Shown: positions 52,746-64,000 of the stretch, piece after piece | Layout of the letters: each line of letters starts with the position of its first letter | Numbering within the stretch: position 1 is the stretch's first letter | Origin: the human T2T-CHM13v2.0 reference genome, Homo sapiens | Reading direction: 5' to 3' (one strand) | DNA: 64,000 nt | NCBI RefSeq assembly: GCF_009914755.1 | Contig: NC_060940.1 | Made by a program: the position numbers and the translations under genes | Notes under the pieces: generated by a model | The model's database searches: none | Seen by the model: only the letters and a program-made list of their open reading frames with translations | Told to the model about the DNA's origin: nothing

Positions 52746-53698
52746 AAGAGCCTACTTACGATGTGAAAAACACATGGTTGCCGATCTAGATGTCTGCTGT
52801 TCTTGAATCTTCCGCAGTAATTTCTTCACTTCAAGCCTTTGCTTGCAGAATTATTTCTATCATCAATGTCTCTCCTCATCCATCTCCAATTCTCAAAATC
52901 CTACGTCTCCCTCAGAACCCAGTGTAGGAACAAGCTCCTTCTCAAGGTCATCTCTGGTTTGCTTAATCGCCTCCTGTCTCCAGCAGAGAGGGGAATTGCC
53001 TTTCCAGGACCCCCTTGGCACTGTATGCCACCAGTCTTAAAACAGTCAGAACGGTCTGACCTGGATCCTGTCCCATGCCCCTCATTAAAATTATAATCTC
53101 CTCTAGGCCAGGAGCCCTGTCTTGTTCAGGGCACACCTGCCTTCCCCACTCCCCCATTAAATAAAGGATTTTTACCACTTAAAGTATCTTTGGGCTAGAA
53201 AAACCTTAATCTTCCAGGATATTTTCATCTTATCAGAGAGAAGCAAATGATAATAAAATAACATTGTGGGTTAAGGAAAAAAAGTCCCAAATTAATGCCT
53301 TGGATGTTCTTCCTCGTACCTGTTCTTCATCCACAGATTAGAAGGATAAAGGCCACAGTTTACAAATGATATATCTTAGATCACTCAGTTTTTCAGCCTC
53401 CATGAGAAGTTTCAACTATGGTCACACTAGGTGTGATTAAGTGGACTGATCTGTCCTAGGAAATATTTCAGCAGCTATCAGACCAAAAAAGGTATTTTGA
53501 TTTACTTAACCAGGATATTGATTACTGAAGTATGATACCTGCTGATCTATTGAAGTTTTATGGAAGTTAAGAAAAACTGGAGAGAAAAGATTTTTTTCCT
53601 TGCTCAGCTTTTTTATGTCTAAGCATTAGCACTTACTACTACTTATGCCTCAGAGACAGAATGGGCATCATCTCTGCAAAACAAAATAAAACAAAACA

Positions 53699-53843
53699 GG
53701 CTCGGTATGGTGGTGCATGTTTATAGTCCCAGCTACTTGGGAGGCTGAGGCAGGAAGATCACCTGAGCCCAGGAGTTCAAGGCCAGTATGGAGAATGTGG
53801 TGAGCCCCCGTCTCTCAAAATAAAAAAAAATTAAAAATAAAAA
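53699..53843 (+). mobile_element. Alu monomer (FLAM_A-like)
   Basis: gtggtgcatgtttatagtcccagctacttgggagg...ggagttcaaggccag plus an A tail. Confidence 0.8.
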
Positions 53844-53869
53844 AGCCAGAACTACCATAACATGTTACC

Positions 53870-54090
53870 ATAAAACACTTATTGAACACCTACTATGTGT
53901 CAGGTATTGTTCAAAGAGCTAGGATCCCTGAGAAGTAGGAACTGTCATGTCCCCACTTTGTAGATAAGTAAAATGAGGCACAGAAGGATAAATGACTTGT
54001 CCAATACCAGACAGCTGGTATATGACGGAGCTGAGACTTGAATACCACCCGGCTGGGCCATTAAGCTGTTACTCTCAACTGTTGTGCTCT
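53870..54090 (-). mobile_element. MIR
   Basis: attgaacacctactatgtgtcagg...aaatgaggcacagaaggataaatgacttgtcc. Confidence 0.75.
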
Positions 54091-54394
54091 ACTCTACAGA
54101 GTACATAGGGGATCAGGGTTGCCTGCAGGAGGGATTTTAATTTATACCTTCATCTGCTAATAACTAATCACTTGGCTTTGTATTATTGCAATGTAGGAAT
54201 TTCAAAAGTGAATTTCCTTCATCTTACCTGTTCACTAATGAAATAAATCATGAAACAGAGCAGGTAGAGGATATTTGACTCATGGCACAAGTAGGGTAGG
54301 CTCTCAAAAGTCAATCCCTTTTCCTAAATTTCCATTTCACCCTTCTCTATATACTTTGGCAGGATCTCTCAAATTTCTGTGACTTCAGCCCCAG

Positions 54395-54835
54395 TGTTCT
54401 GTTATTTTCCATGTACCAACTCCGACTCCCCATGTACTCCCAACTCTTCTCTGACCTCTGAGGACTGCATCGTCCAGCTCTCCCTTGACTCTGGCTTCTG
54501 GCTAGGTTGTTGATAGAAGGCACCAGCAGGATGTTGGAAGGTGGAAGGAAAGAGAAGTCAGGGTATTATTTCCCTCTCCCTCCCGGCTTCCCAGTAGAGC
54601 GGCTATCTCCTGCCTCCAAAGTCCTAGTTCCCATTTGGTTCTGGGAAAACCATCCCTTCCCTCACTACTCGGCTGTAGGAGGCTAATGGCTTCTCACTGT
54701 TGCTAGTCCCTGGGTGCTGCCATTCCTGCTGGTTCTCCTAACCCCACCCACATCTGCATAACTCATCATCATTTTAACCTCTTTCCAGTTCAAACTCTTC
54801 AAGCATGCTGTTTTGCTTTATCCAATGATGACTAA
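54395..54835 (+). mobile_element. LTR33-like ERVL LTR
   Basis: ggactgcatc...cccttgactctggcttctgg...gtcagggtattattt...ctgttgctagtccctgggtgct...taaccccacccacatc. Confidence 0.75.
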
Positions 54836-55246
54836 TTATTTACCAAATATTTTTTCCATCAATTAAATTATTTTATATTTAATTATTTACAGATATTCAA
54901 TCCCTATTATAAATGGAACATCATGTTCATTTACCATAAATTGAATTACAACCATTAAAAAAAAAAAACAGGGCAAACAGGTCAATATCAGTCAACTCTA
55001 GCTAGCTGTTATTGCCTGCCTCCTCAGGCTCTGAGCCTGAGTTCTGCCCTCTCTGGTAAAAATCAACATGAACAAGAGTGAAAAAGTTGTCAGAGACATC
55101 CTACCACCAACCTGAGACTTCCCAGCTGGTACAATCAGAAGGATCGAGAGAGGACTGTAACAGGAATAACTTTCTCTTGGTGTGAATCTACGTTATTTGA
55201 TACCCATCTGGAAGATAATTTGTGTCTCAGCTTTTGGGTAACACTG
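54836..55246. mobile_element. MER113-like hAT-Charlie element
   Basis: ctagctagctgttattgcctgcc...ggctctgagcctgag...aatcagaaggatcgagagagg...ggaataactttctc...tttgggtaacactg. Confidence 0.7.
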
Positions 55247-55799
55247 CCCCACAGCAACCAGTAGCAAGTAGCTATGGACTCAATTAATAGCCTCCAATTA
55301 TGTCTTCGAGGTGAATCTCAAGGATCATAGAAGATACTAGATAATTCTAGAAGAGACTGGAAGATGATTCTAACGTAAGGAAGCATAGTATCCACTCATG
55401 TACTTGCATGAAACAATTAGTCCTCTCTTAACAACAACACTAACACCAACAAAGGCATATGCTTTTTGCTTCCAAGAGAAGTTGGTCTTTGCTAATACTC
55501 TTCACAAGGCAAACTGAACGAACAGGAACAAGTGGTTCGGCCTCAGAGAGTGCAGTGTCAACATGCATGTGTGCAGAGGAGCATGTTCCCATGAGGCTCT
55601 AAGTATGCGAGGAAGTTAAACTTTACCAAAGCAAACATTTTAAGATATGCACATTATGATACTTCTTATTGGCTGATGAGAATGATACAAACAACATCAA
55701 CATGTTCCTCTTTCACAGTCTGATCACCATGAACTAATATTAATTCCACAATGTCAGCAGCAACAGTGTTCATCAGAGATACAGGTTGCTAGTCCCAGC

Positions 55800-56170
55800 T
55801 TGGTTGAAAATACTCATTTAAAGCATGTCCAGGGCCTTTTTTTTTGTTACATTCACCCAGCCCTGTTGTTCCTGCTGTGTTTTATTAGGCAAATATAAAA
55901 TTAACAACACAGCAATAATTATTTCCTAAACTGGTTCCAACACAAATTTCCAATTTGAGGTCAGATGTATTGCCTAATAAAATTTTTACAGCTGCAGTCA
56001 AATCGTGGTAGTTAATTCCTGGAAAATACAATTCTTAATTCGCCAGAATTAGTTTTAAGTCTTGATTCATCCCATAAAGACGAGTGTGTATTACTGCAGT
56101 TTATACAAAATGTTCAAATAGTAATATCCAATATAATAGCTTGCATAATTTCAGCTAATTCAATGTTAGA
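55800..56170. repeat. Ancient palindromic element, MER121-like (tentative)
   Basis: Perfect 13-bp inverted repeat TTTTATTAGGCAA 55880-55892 / TTGCCTAATAAAA 55970-55982. The core resembles my recollection of MER121. Confidence 0.45.
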
Positions 56171-56524
56171 GGTATTTGACCTACTTATACTTTCACTGAA
56201 CCATACATCAGGGCTTTAAGATCATTGGGTCTGATCTTTCTAAATTGCCCTTTCCCGAACTGCGTAAGTATTGCTTAATGCCATGCAGCTAAACATGGAA
56301 TCGTGTCAAAGAGGAAAGAATAATTAGAATATCCATGAAGTGGGGTTCTATTTATACTACTATTGCTACCAGCCATTTGTTACTTTAAGACCTATGCCTT
56401 AATCACAGTCTCTGAGCCACTGCTCTGAACTGCAAAATTCACACACATGTACCTGCAGAATTCAAAACTCATTTCATCTGCTCAGGGTTCCCAAAGAGTA
56501 CTTATAAAACAATTAAAATAGTAA

Positions 56525-57013
<489 letters not shown>

Positions 57014-57439
57014 AGCCCCTGTTTTTGACCATGCTACGATATTATGTAAAATAAAAAATCTTACCAAAAACAAATAAATTATCAGAATTCACCATGTATG
57101 GTAAGGATTTTTTTCTTCTATGTGCTGAGGGCAACAGAAGAGAAATTAGACTCGTGAAATATTTAAAAATAACAAAAACAAATAAGAGAATAGTGCTTGA
57201 GGTTCTGCTTCATGGGTTGTCTCATGCAAATATATTTTTTTTCTAAGTGTCTAAATCATGCTTTGGCATCAGCAAGGATCTAGAAAATTCGCCAAGGATA
57301 AAACCTACAGACTTCTGGAAGAGGCCGTCTTCTGCCAACCACATGCAGCCTGAGTTCTTAGTGAGGACCATGCAAGTTGGGTCATGCTTTCTTTGGCCTC
57401 TGGAAATAATTTGTTCCTGGACCAGAGTCTTGGCACCCG

Positions 57440-57830
57440 GTTGCAGGGTGGTGGAGAGGGCCAGACTTTTGTACCTTGATAGACCTGAGTTAATTCCTGT
57501 TTGGCCACTCCTTAACCATGTGCCCTAAAGCAAAGTACTTAGTGGGTTTTTGCCTTCATTTTCCACATTGTAAGTAGGGTTGTATCTTTTTTTTTTCTGT
57601 GTAGTCCATTCACCCTACTTTTAATGCTCTGATTTCTCTGGCAGTTAGAGTTCTTGAATTGCAAGCAACAGAAACCAAGTCTGGCAAACCCAAGGAAAAT
57701 GAATTCACTGGAGAGACATGGAAGCCACATCGTGAAATGGAAAACCCCAGAAAGAGCTGGAGAAGGGACAAGAATGAGAGCTGCTTGGAGCTGCAGCAAA
57801 GACAGAAAGAGACAAAGCATGCCAAGTCCA
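57440..57830. mobile_element. MIR (+, 57440-57590) followed by an MLT1 LTR fragment (-, 57640-57830)
   Basis: gccttcattttccacattgtaag; gttagagttcttgaattgcaagcaacagaaacc. Confidence 0.55.
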
Positions 57831-58089
57831 CGGTGTTGTGAAAGCACTCAATAAAGATTCATTCTTCCCCCTTCTGTCTCAAGCTCCCTTTCACCAAATT
57901 CTTCATCCATTCCAACACATACTGTGCGCCTACTCTGTGCAAAGCACATTGAGCAGTATGAAGAATGTAAAAATGAATAACTCAGTCCCTGCCAAAAAGT
58001 CAGCCATGCCCTCACCCAGGGTATTATTTTATGTTGTTGAGAAATACCCAAATGAATCATTCATCTCTGAAATAAATGGCTAATGTCAA

Positions 58090-58900
58090 AACATTTACTA
58101 ATGCAGACAAAGCTGACTGAAATAAATGGTTGAATAACCCATTGTTTGGAAATCTACAAGAGTAATATATATTACAATCGGATAAATCAAAATTACAAAG
58201 GATTTTCTGCTGCTTTTCAAAATGCTTGCCAGAAGTCTGTCAAATGACAGTTGGAAGGATAATAAGTTTAATAAGTGGTTGCGGGTTACCTCCAGGGAAC
58301 GAAACCAGGGAGTGGGGCTGAGGCGGGGAAGGGAGTGGCGGTCGGGGGGCAAGAAGGAAGGTCACTTCCCATTTTATAATTTCCTAAAGTGTGTGGATTT
58401 TTAAACTGAATTTATGTATTTATTTTATAATAATTAAGTAACTAGTTAAATAACAATATATTCATTAGGGTATTTTTAAAGAAATAAAAAACCAGCTTGA
58501 GCTAGCGAAGGCAAAAGAGGGAATTTAGTGGCTTAGGATGTAGGCAGGGAGGGAGTGGAGGTGAAACCAGGGCCTGGACATTCTCTCTTTATCTCTCCAT
58601 CTAGGTCACTAACTCTTGTCTCTGCATTGTTCATCCATTCGCTGTTGCCGTGAACTAGAACCTCCGCTAATGGCTGTTCCTGGCCTCACATCCTCACAGC
58701 TTTGTGACTGGAAAAGAAAACAGTTTTTCCCTCTAGTTCCAGCTGGCAAATCCCCAGGAGAGGACCCGACTGACCTGGCTAAAGGCTGTTGCCTACCTAT
58801 AAACTAGGGTTGAGAGAGCGTCATTAGCTCAGCGTGGGTGAGGCGATGACTCCTCACTAATCAACACAGCAGGGAGCGGGAACAATGTGGCTCTCATTTG
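58090..58900. mobile_element. L1ME-like 3' fragment (+, to ~58480) and MLT1J/K-like fragment (-, 58490-58900)
   Basis: gggttacctccaggga...; gcaaaagagggaatttagtggctta...cctggcctcacatcctcaca. Confidence 0.5.
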
Positions 58901-59274
58901 ATCCACACGCAGGGAGGAAAAGGAGCTGGGTAGAGCCAATCTAGAATGGAGGGAGTTGCTAGGAGCTGGGTGGCTCTTCCATTGTGTCCCCCGCAGTCTC
59001 TTACCTGACTCATCTGTGGACCCTGGTCCTCATACATCTCACACCAAGAGTCTTGGCTCAAAGAAGACCTCAGGAACCAGATCCTCAAGCTTGGGCAAGC
59101 CTTCTTATGAAAATGAAATAACTTGAGTGTCTGAGTCTTTTCCACTGAAGCATAAGCATTGAGTTATTAATTATTCTTGCTTTCCTTTTGAGGCAAATCC
59201 CATCAGATCAAGGACAGAACTATAAGCCCCTTGATTTCTTCTCATCTCTGCATTCCCAGCTCTTTGTATTTATA

Positions 59275-59885
59275 CCATTAGTATTAACTGACCACTTACT
59301 ATGTGCCAGGTGCTATTCTAGAGTCTGAGCATGCAATAACAGGCAAAACATGCCTTACAGAGCGTGTGTTCTAGTGGATGAGACAGCAATAAACATATAT
59401 ATATATACACACACACACATATATATGCACACACACACACAGGCACACACACACAAACATCTTCAATCATTTCAGATTAGGATGTGGGCTATGAAGAGCC
59501 TTAAGGCAGGGTGTGGGGACAAAGAGTATTAGTGTGGAAGGAGGACATTTTAGAGATGTGGTCAAAGATGACTTCTTTGGAGAAGTGACGTTTGAACAGA
59601 GACCTGGGTGGAGTGGAGTGTTTTCCAGGAAGATTCAACAGTGTGGACAAAGGCCTAAGGTGAAAATGAACTTGACATGTTTGAGGAGCAGCAAGGTGGG
59701 CATCCCAGCCAGAGCAGAGGAAAAAGGGGGCAGATGGAGGGAATTGAGGAGGGAGAGGCTGCTGGCCCCCATCACGTGCCGCCTTCCAGGCCACAGTGAA
59801 GACTTTTCATGTTATTCTAGGTGTGATGGGGCGCCTTGGAGTGTTTCAACCCGGAGAGTGACATGATCTGATTTATGTTTATAAA
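59275..59885 (-). mobile_element. L2a fragment containing a (TA)n(CA)n microsatellite (59395-59455)
   Basis: cacttactatgtgccaggtgctattcta...gagaagtgacgtttgaacagagacctg...gagtgacatgatctgatttatgttt. Confidence 0.85.
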
Positions 59886-61099
59886 GTGCCTGGCCAGTGG
59901 TAGGCTCTGAGTAAATATTCGTTAACAATTTAAAAAAAGAAAAAGAACTCAGATAAAAAAATGTTTTAATAGGCTCCTTGGCAGGAGAGAGCCCGTGCTC
60001 CCTGTTAATAATGAAAACAGACTGACATTTGTCCAGTGCTCTCTAGTTTACAAAGCTCTTTCACCCCGATGATCTCATCTGACCTCTCATTTGGAGGAAG
60101 ATATATGACCGCACGACATCAAGGCTCATATGTGTCTCTACAGCTGTTAGAGAAGAGTCTAAGCTTAGGGCTCTGAAGATGCCACGGGCCTCCTCAGTGT
60201 GCTCTCCCAGATGGAGGCAGGGAGATTCTCACACTCTTCTCAGAACCATCCTGCAGGCTTAGTTTTGCCAGTCAGAGCCCCCGAGGAGACCAGATCAAGA
60301 GGAGATTATGTATGCTCTGGAAGATTTGCTTTTTTTTTCTCTCTTTTCTACTCAAACATGAGCGTTTCTTAGGTGGTTAAAAAAGAAAAATTATTTAACG
60401 TGCCCCTCAGGCCTGGGATTAAGGCCATTAGAAACCATGGCAGCAGGGGGCCCCTAAAGCACCCCTGATTTAAAGAGCTGGTGTCAAGGCCCTCAGTTAC
60501 ATCATGGGACCACCGTCCAGAGCAGGACTGGACAGCCACCACCCCCAGACTCATGGCGCCTCATGCCATGGCCTCAGAAATCACATCGTCCTCCTGGTCT
60601 CTCAGCTTTAGTTAAAGTCATCTTTCCTGTGCTATGCCTCCACCCAAATGGGGAAGGCGGACTTTCACCCACTTTTTCTGGGGCCGACCAAAGAGAGAGA
60701 GGGAAGGAAGAGAGGGGCTAGATTCCCCAGGTTCCCTCCCACTATTCTAACCTCTTCTCCAGGTAAGTCAGGGTGTCCGTCCCAGTTGTCTCACTGTCAG
60801 TCCGTGACCTTGGGCAGAGGCAGAGGCAGCTGTCTGGTGGGGCAATAGCAGATTTGAAACTCAAGGGTTCCCGGTTCAAAGGACTGGCAAAACATTGAGC
60901 CTCTTCCAGCTCAACCCCCTTAATACAGTCCAGGGATTGGAGGCCCAGAGTTCAACAGTACTGGTCTTAGCGGCTGGCCTTTACCATTGAAATGCCATCT
61001 CTGCCACTTTAGATACAGTGCTTAAAACGTCCTTAGCCTCTGAATATTTTTAAACATTTCTTTGTGCCACCTTCAAGCTACGTCTTACAAGAATCATAA

Positions 61100-62060
61100 A
61101 ACAGGGCCCTTAGAATTTGTGGAATGAATGCAATTGCTAACGGGCTGCCGTATAATCATCAGCAAAATACATGTCTGCGTTCTGGACGCCAATATACAGT
61201 CATAATAGAAAGAAAGTAAATCTACATTTTCTGTTGTCAATCATGTTTATTAAATTGAAAAAAAAGTCTCCTCTCCCAGGCAGTCTGAAAAGTGGGAGGA
61301 AGATGAATTTATTCTATGTTGGAGGACTAGGCTAAAAATGTAATTAACAGATGCAATTATGCATTCTGATGCAAAGCGCTCCAAGCTGACAGGGAACTTA
61401 TAGTGGAGCTCCCAGGCCACAGGCTCCAAAACCTCTAACAACTTTATTCTTATACGCTGGCCTACGGTTCAATCTTGCTTCCTTTGAGTATCTTCTGCAA
61501 ATAAAAGGCCCTATTCTTCAGCTTCCCCCAGCTTTATTCGGAATGAAAACACCACTTTGTGCCCACGTTGTGTTAAAATAACAGATTTGTGTTCGTTCCT
61601 GTAGGTTTCTGATGGCAGGAGGGAGGCGGTCTATCTTCACTGCGGATGGCGAGGTGCCTTTTGGAGGAGGAGGATGGAGAGAAAGGGTCTCCAACAGCGA
61701 ACCTTTGTCCTGCAATGCAAATGAACCTCTGCAAAACAGGGCGCAGACAATGCCAGCCTAGTCCTCTGCGCGAAGCGATCCATCTGCAGCTATTTTGTTA
61801 ACCTGATGTTTCTTACATTCTTTCTCTCATACAAAATACTTGATTTTGACAGCTGTGAATTTTAAACAACCATTCTGTGTATGTTTTTCTAATTTTGTGT
61901 ATTCAGATTGTTTCTCCATATTGGGGGGGTTGGAAGCCAAGTACTTTACATTCCTTCGTTTAGAGATTTCATGCTTTTCGAAAGTCGTGGCGGTTCTGAT
62001 CGCTAAACAAAGTAGAAATGAAGTGTGCTCACCAGCAGCATTGGAATGACCGGGGAGTGC
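61100..62060. promoter_or_regulatory. Candidate conserved non-coding/enhancer island
   Basis: TGTCAATCA 61235-61243, TAATTA 61341, ATGCAATTATGCAT 61351-61364, CTTTGTC 61703 near ATGCAAAT 61715-61722. Repeat-free. Confidence 0.4.
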
Positions 62061-62424
62061 AGAAGCACTTTTGAAATAAAAAAGGTTGCACAAGCGGACT
62101 GGAGGCAGGGCTCAGGAGTGACACATCACTCAGTCACACTCTGGTGGCCCCAGGAAGCTGCGTCTGCCCTCACTTACCTGTAAAATGGGGCTGCAACAAC
62201 ATTCTCACAAGGCAGAAAATAAAGATCTCATATATCCAGGTCCATCAACCCAGTTTTATTTCCCCTTTCCAGCTCTAGTTACATTGTTCTGGCAGCCAAT
62301 CTTTCTTCTTAGGTAGCATGCAAAGGCATGGATTTGTTTTTAAGCATGAAGGAAAACAAAACGTGCTCTCAGACTGAGGCTAGCGTTGATAAGACACCAC
62401 AATTGGGTGCATGGTTTTAAAACT

Positions 62425-62720
62425 GGTTTATTTATTTATTTATACCTTTGCCTCACCGATAGAAGGCAGTTCACCACCCAAACCACAAATGATAAAAACA
62501 AAAACTCTGGACAAGAAAAAAGGAAGCTGCAAATAGGGCAACTATAAGGCTCATTTTGTTTGCTACCATTGAGCTTTGAAATCTGACTCACAGCTTCCTG
62601 GCAGCAAGAGTGAAAAGGGGATGACGATTAATGACAAAGCCTCACTTCACTGGAGTATACAGTTCTTCAAAGGAGAGAAGAATTTTCCAGATGCTTCATT
62701 TTCAAATAAATTCTGCACTC
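62425..62720. mobile_element. Ancient mammalian repeat, MamRep605-like (tentative)
   Basis: tttatttatttatacc...aaatctgactcacagcttcctggcagcaagagtgaaaagggg resembles the recalled consensus. Confidence 0.4.
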
Positions 62721-63484
62721 AGGGCTCTTTATAACGGGTCAATGAGAACAGAAGTTCGCTGTCAACTGTGAGAGCAAACAGAGCTGCAAAATTGCCAGGG
62801 CCAGAGCAAAAAAGTGAAGCAAAGGGGCACCTGTCTAGTGCCCATTCCAGTTGTCTGGTGGTGGGCTCACAAAGTCTTATCTTGAGAAGGATTCAAGACC
62901 ACATCTAAGCTGGGCAAAAAAGAGGCTACACTATGTTAGAGATGCCTGCCATAGGCAGAGGGCAGATGATGGCCCACACGTGTGCTGAATAACTCCTAAC
63001 CTTGGCTAAATAAATACAGCACAAATGAGCAGGTTTCTGGTCTCCAACTTGATCCAAAGATAGAGCTCTAGGGGTTTAGTAGACTGGATGGCAATCAGGA
63101 TTTTTAGATGTCCCTGAATAACACTTTTCTCAGCTGGGACTCTGAGAGGAGGTAGAAGGCTGATTGGAGTTTCTATCAATGCTTTGAAGGCAAAGCAAGC
63201 AGATGGTGGGCTTGACAGCTGAAACTGTAGAAGCCTGAGCTGCAAACACACCCGATTCAGGGCTGTACCACCTCCACACAGGCATGGACCAGATACTCTT
63301 TTTTTGTAATTTGTAAGATATTTTTTCCTATAGGATACACTTTAGGGAATTTCCTCTTTCTATATTTCACATTTCTCTATTATTTGAACTTATAACACAA
63401 ATCAGAGAAGAGTATACTTATTTTAAATATTTAGATATTAAAATATTTAATATTAAAATAATTTAGACATTATTTTAAATTAGT

Positions 63485-63747
63485 CTTCCCTTTTTTCTTT
63501 CTTTCTTTTCCTTTTCTTTCTTTCTTTCTCTTTTTTCTTCTTTCTTTTCCTTTCTTTCTTTCTTTCTTTCTTTCTTTTTCTTTCTTTCTTTCTTCTTTCC
63601 TTCCTTCTTTCTTTCTCCCCTTCCTTCCTTTCTTACTTCCCTTCCTTCCTTCCTTTCTCCCCTTCCTTCCTTCCTTCCTTCCTGCCTTCCTTCCTTCCCT
63701 CCCTCTCTCTCTCTTTTTCTTTCTTTCTTCCTTTCTTTCTTTCCTTC
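63485..63747 (+). repeat. Polypyrimidine (TTTC/TTCC/CT)n tract
   Basis: About 260 bp almost entirely C/T. Confidence 0.95.
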
Positions 63748-64000
63748 ACTACAAGTATGCCAACAACCTGTAAGGACTATCTTTAGAGTGCAGTAAAGCA
63801 AAAATTTGATCAATAGGAACTCATCTAATGGTTTCATTCACTCTACCCTTGGAAAGGAACAGATAATAAGAAAAGAAGCTCAGAGTCTATGGTGGCCACA
63901 GATCTTTCACAGACCCTGAAAATTCACTCCCTCTTACCCCGTCTTCAGGGTCTCTACTTGGACAGGACAACAGTCAACAGGGTATCCCGAAGGCCTGTCG

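Noticed and set aside
63475-63837. K/E/R-rich 120-aa ORF (and similar at 32334 and 32387)
   Set aside because: Translations of GA/CT microsatellites

Overview
Primate, very probably human, non-coding genomic DNA: the window contains AluJ/AluS/AluY, THE1B, MSTA/B and MER85. I find no credible protein-coding exon, RNA gene or processed pseudogene. The ORFs I could trace fall in repeats or low-complexity tracts, and none resembles a protein I recognise. Roughly half of the window is interspersed repeat: many MIR and L2 fragments, MaLR/ERVL LTRs, hAT-Charlie MITEs, a ~6.2 kb old L1M nested in an MLT1 LTR, and several Alus. Several insertions keep readable target-site duplications. Between the repeats lie 7-9 repeat-free islands, most of them dense in homeodomain (TAATTA), PBX/MEIS, SOX, POU, GATA/FOX or nuclear-receptor motifs. 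The strongest is at ~26.8-28.0 kb. This architecture resembles a gene desert or large intron around a developmental regulator. The most specific sequence-level signals are an intact CSB-PGBD3 binding palindrome in a MER85, a 13-bp inverted-repeat element resembling the ancient MER121 family, a very young AluYc1-like insertion, a (GGAA)10 microsatellite and a short local duplication of a MIR segment. I do not see evidence for a genuinely new biological system. Repeat subfamily names come from recalled consensus sequences, not from a database search, and boundaries are approximate unless a TSD is quoted.
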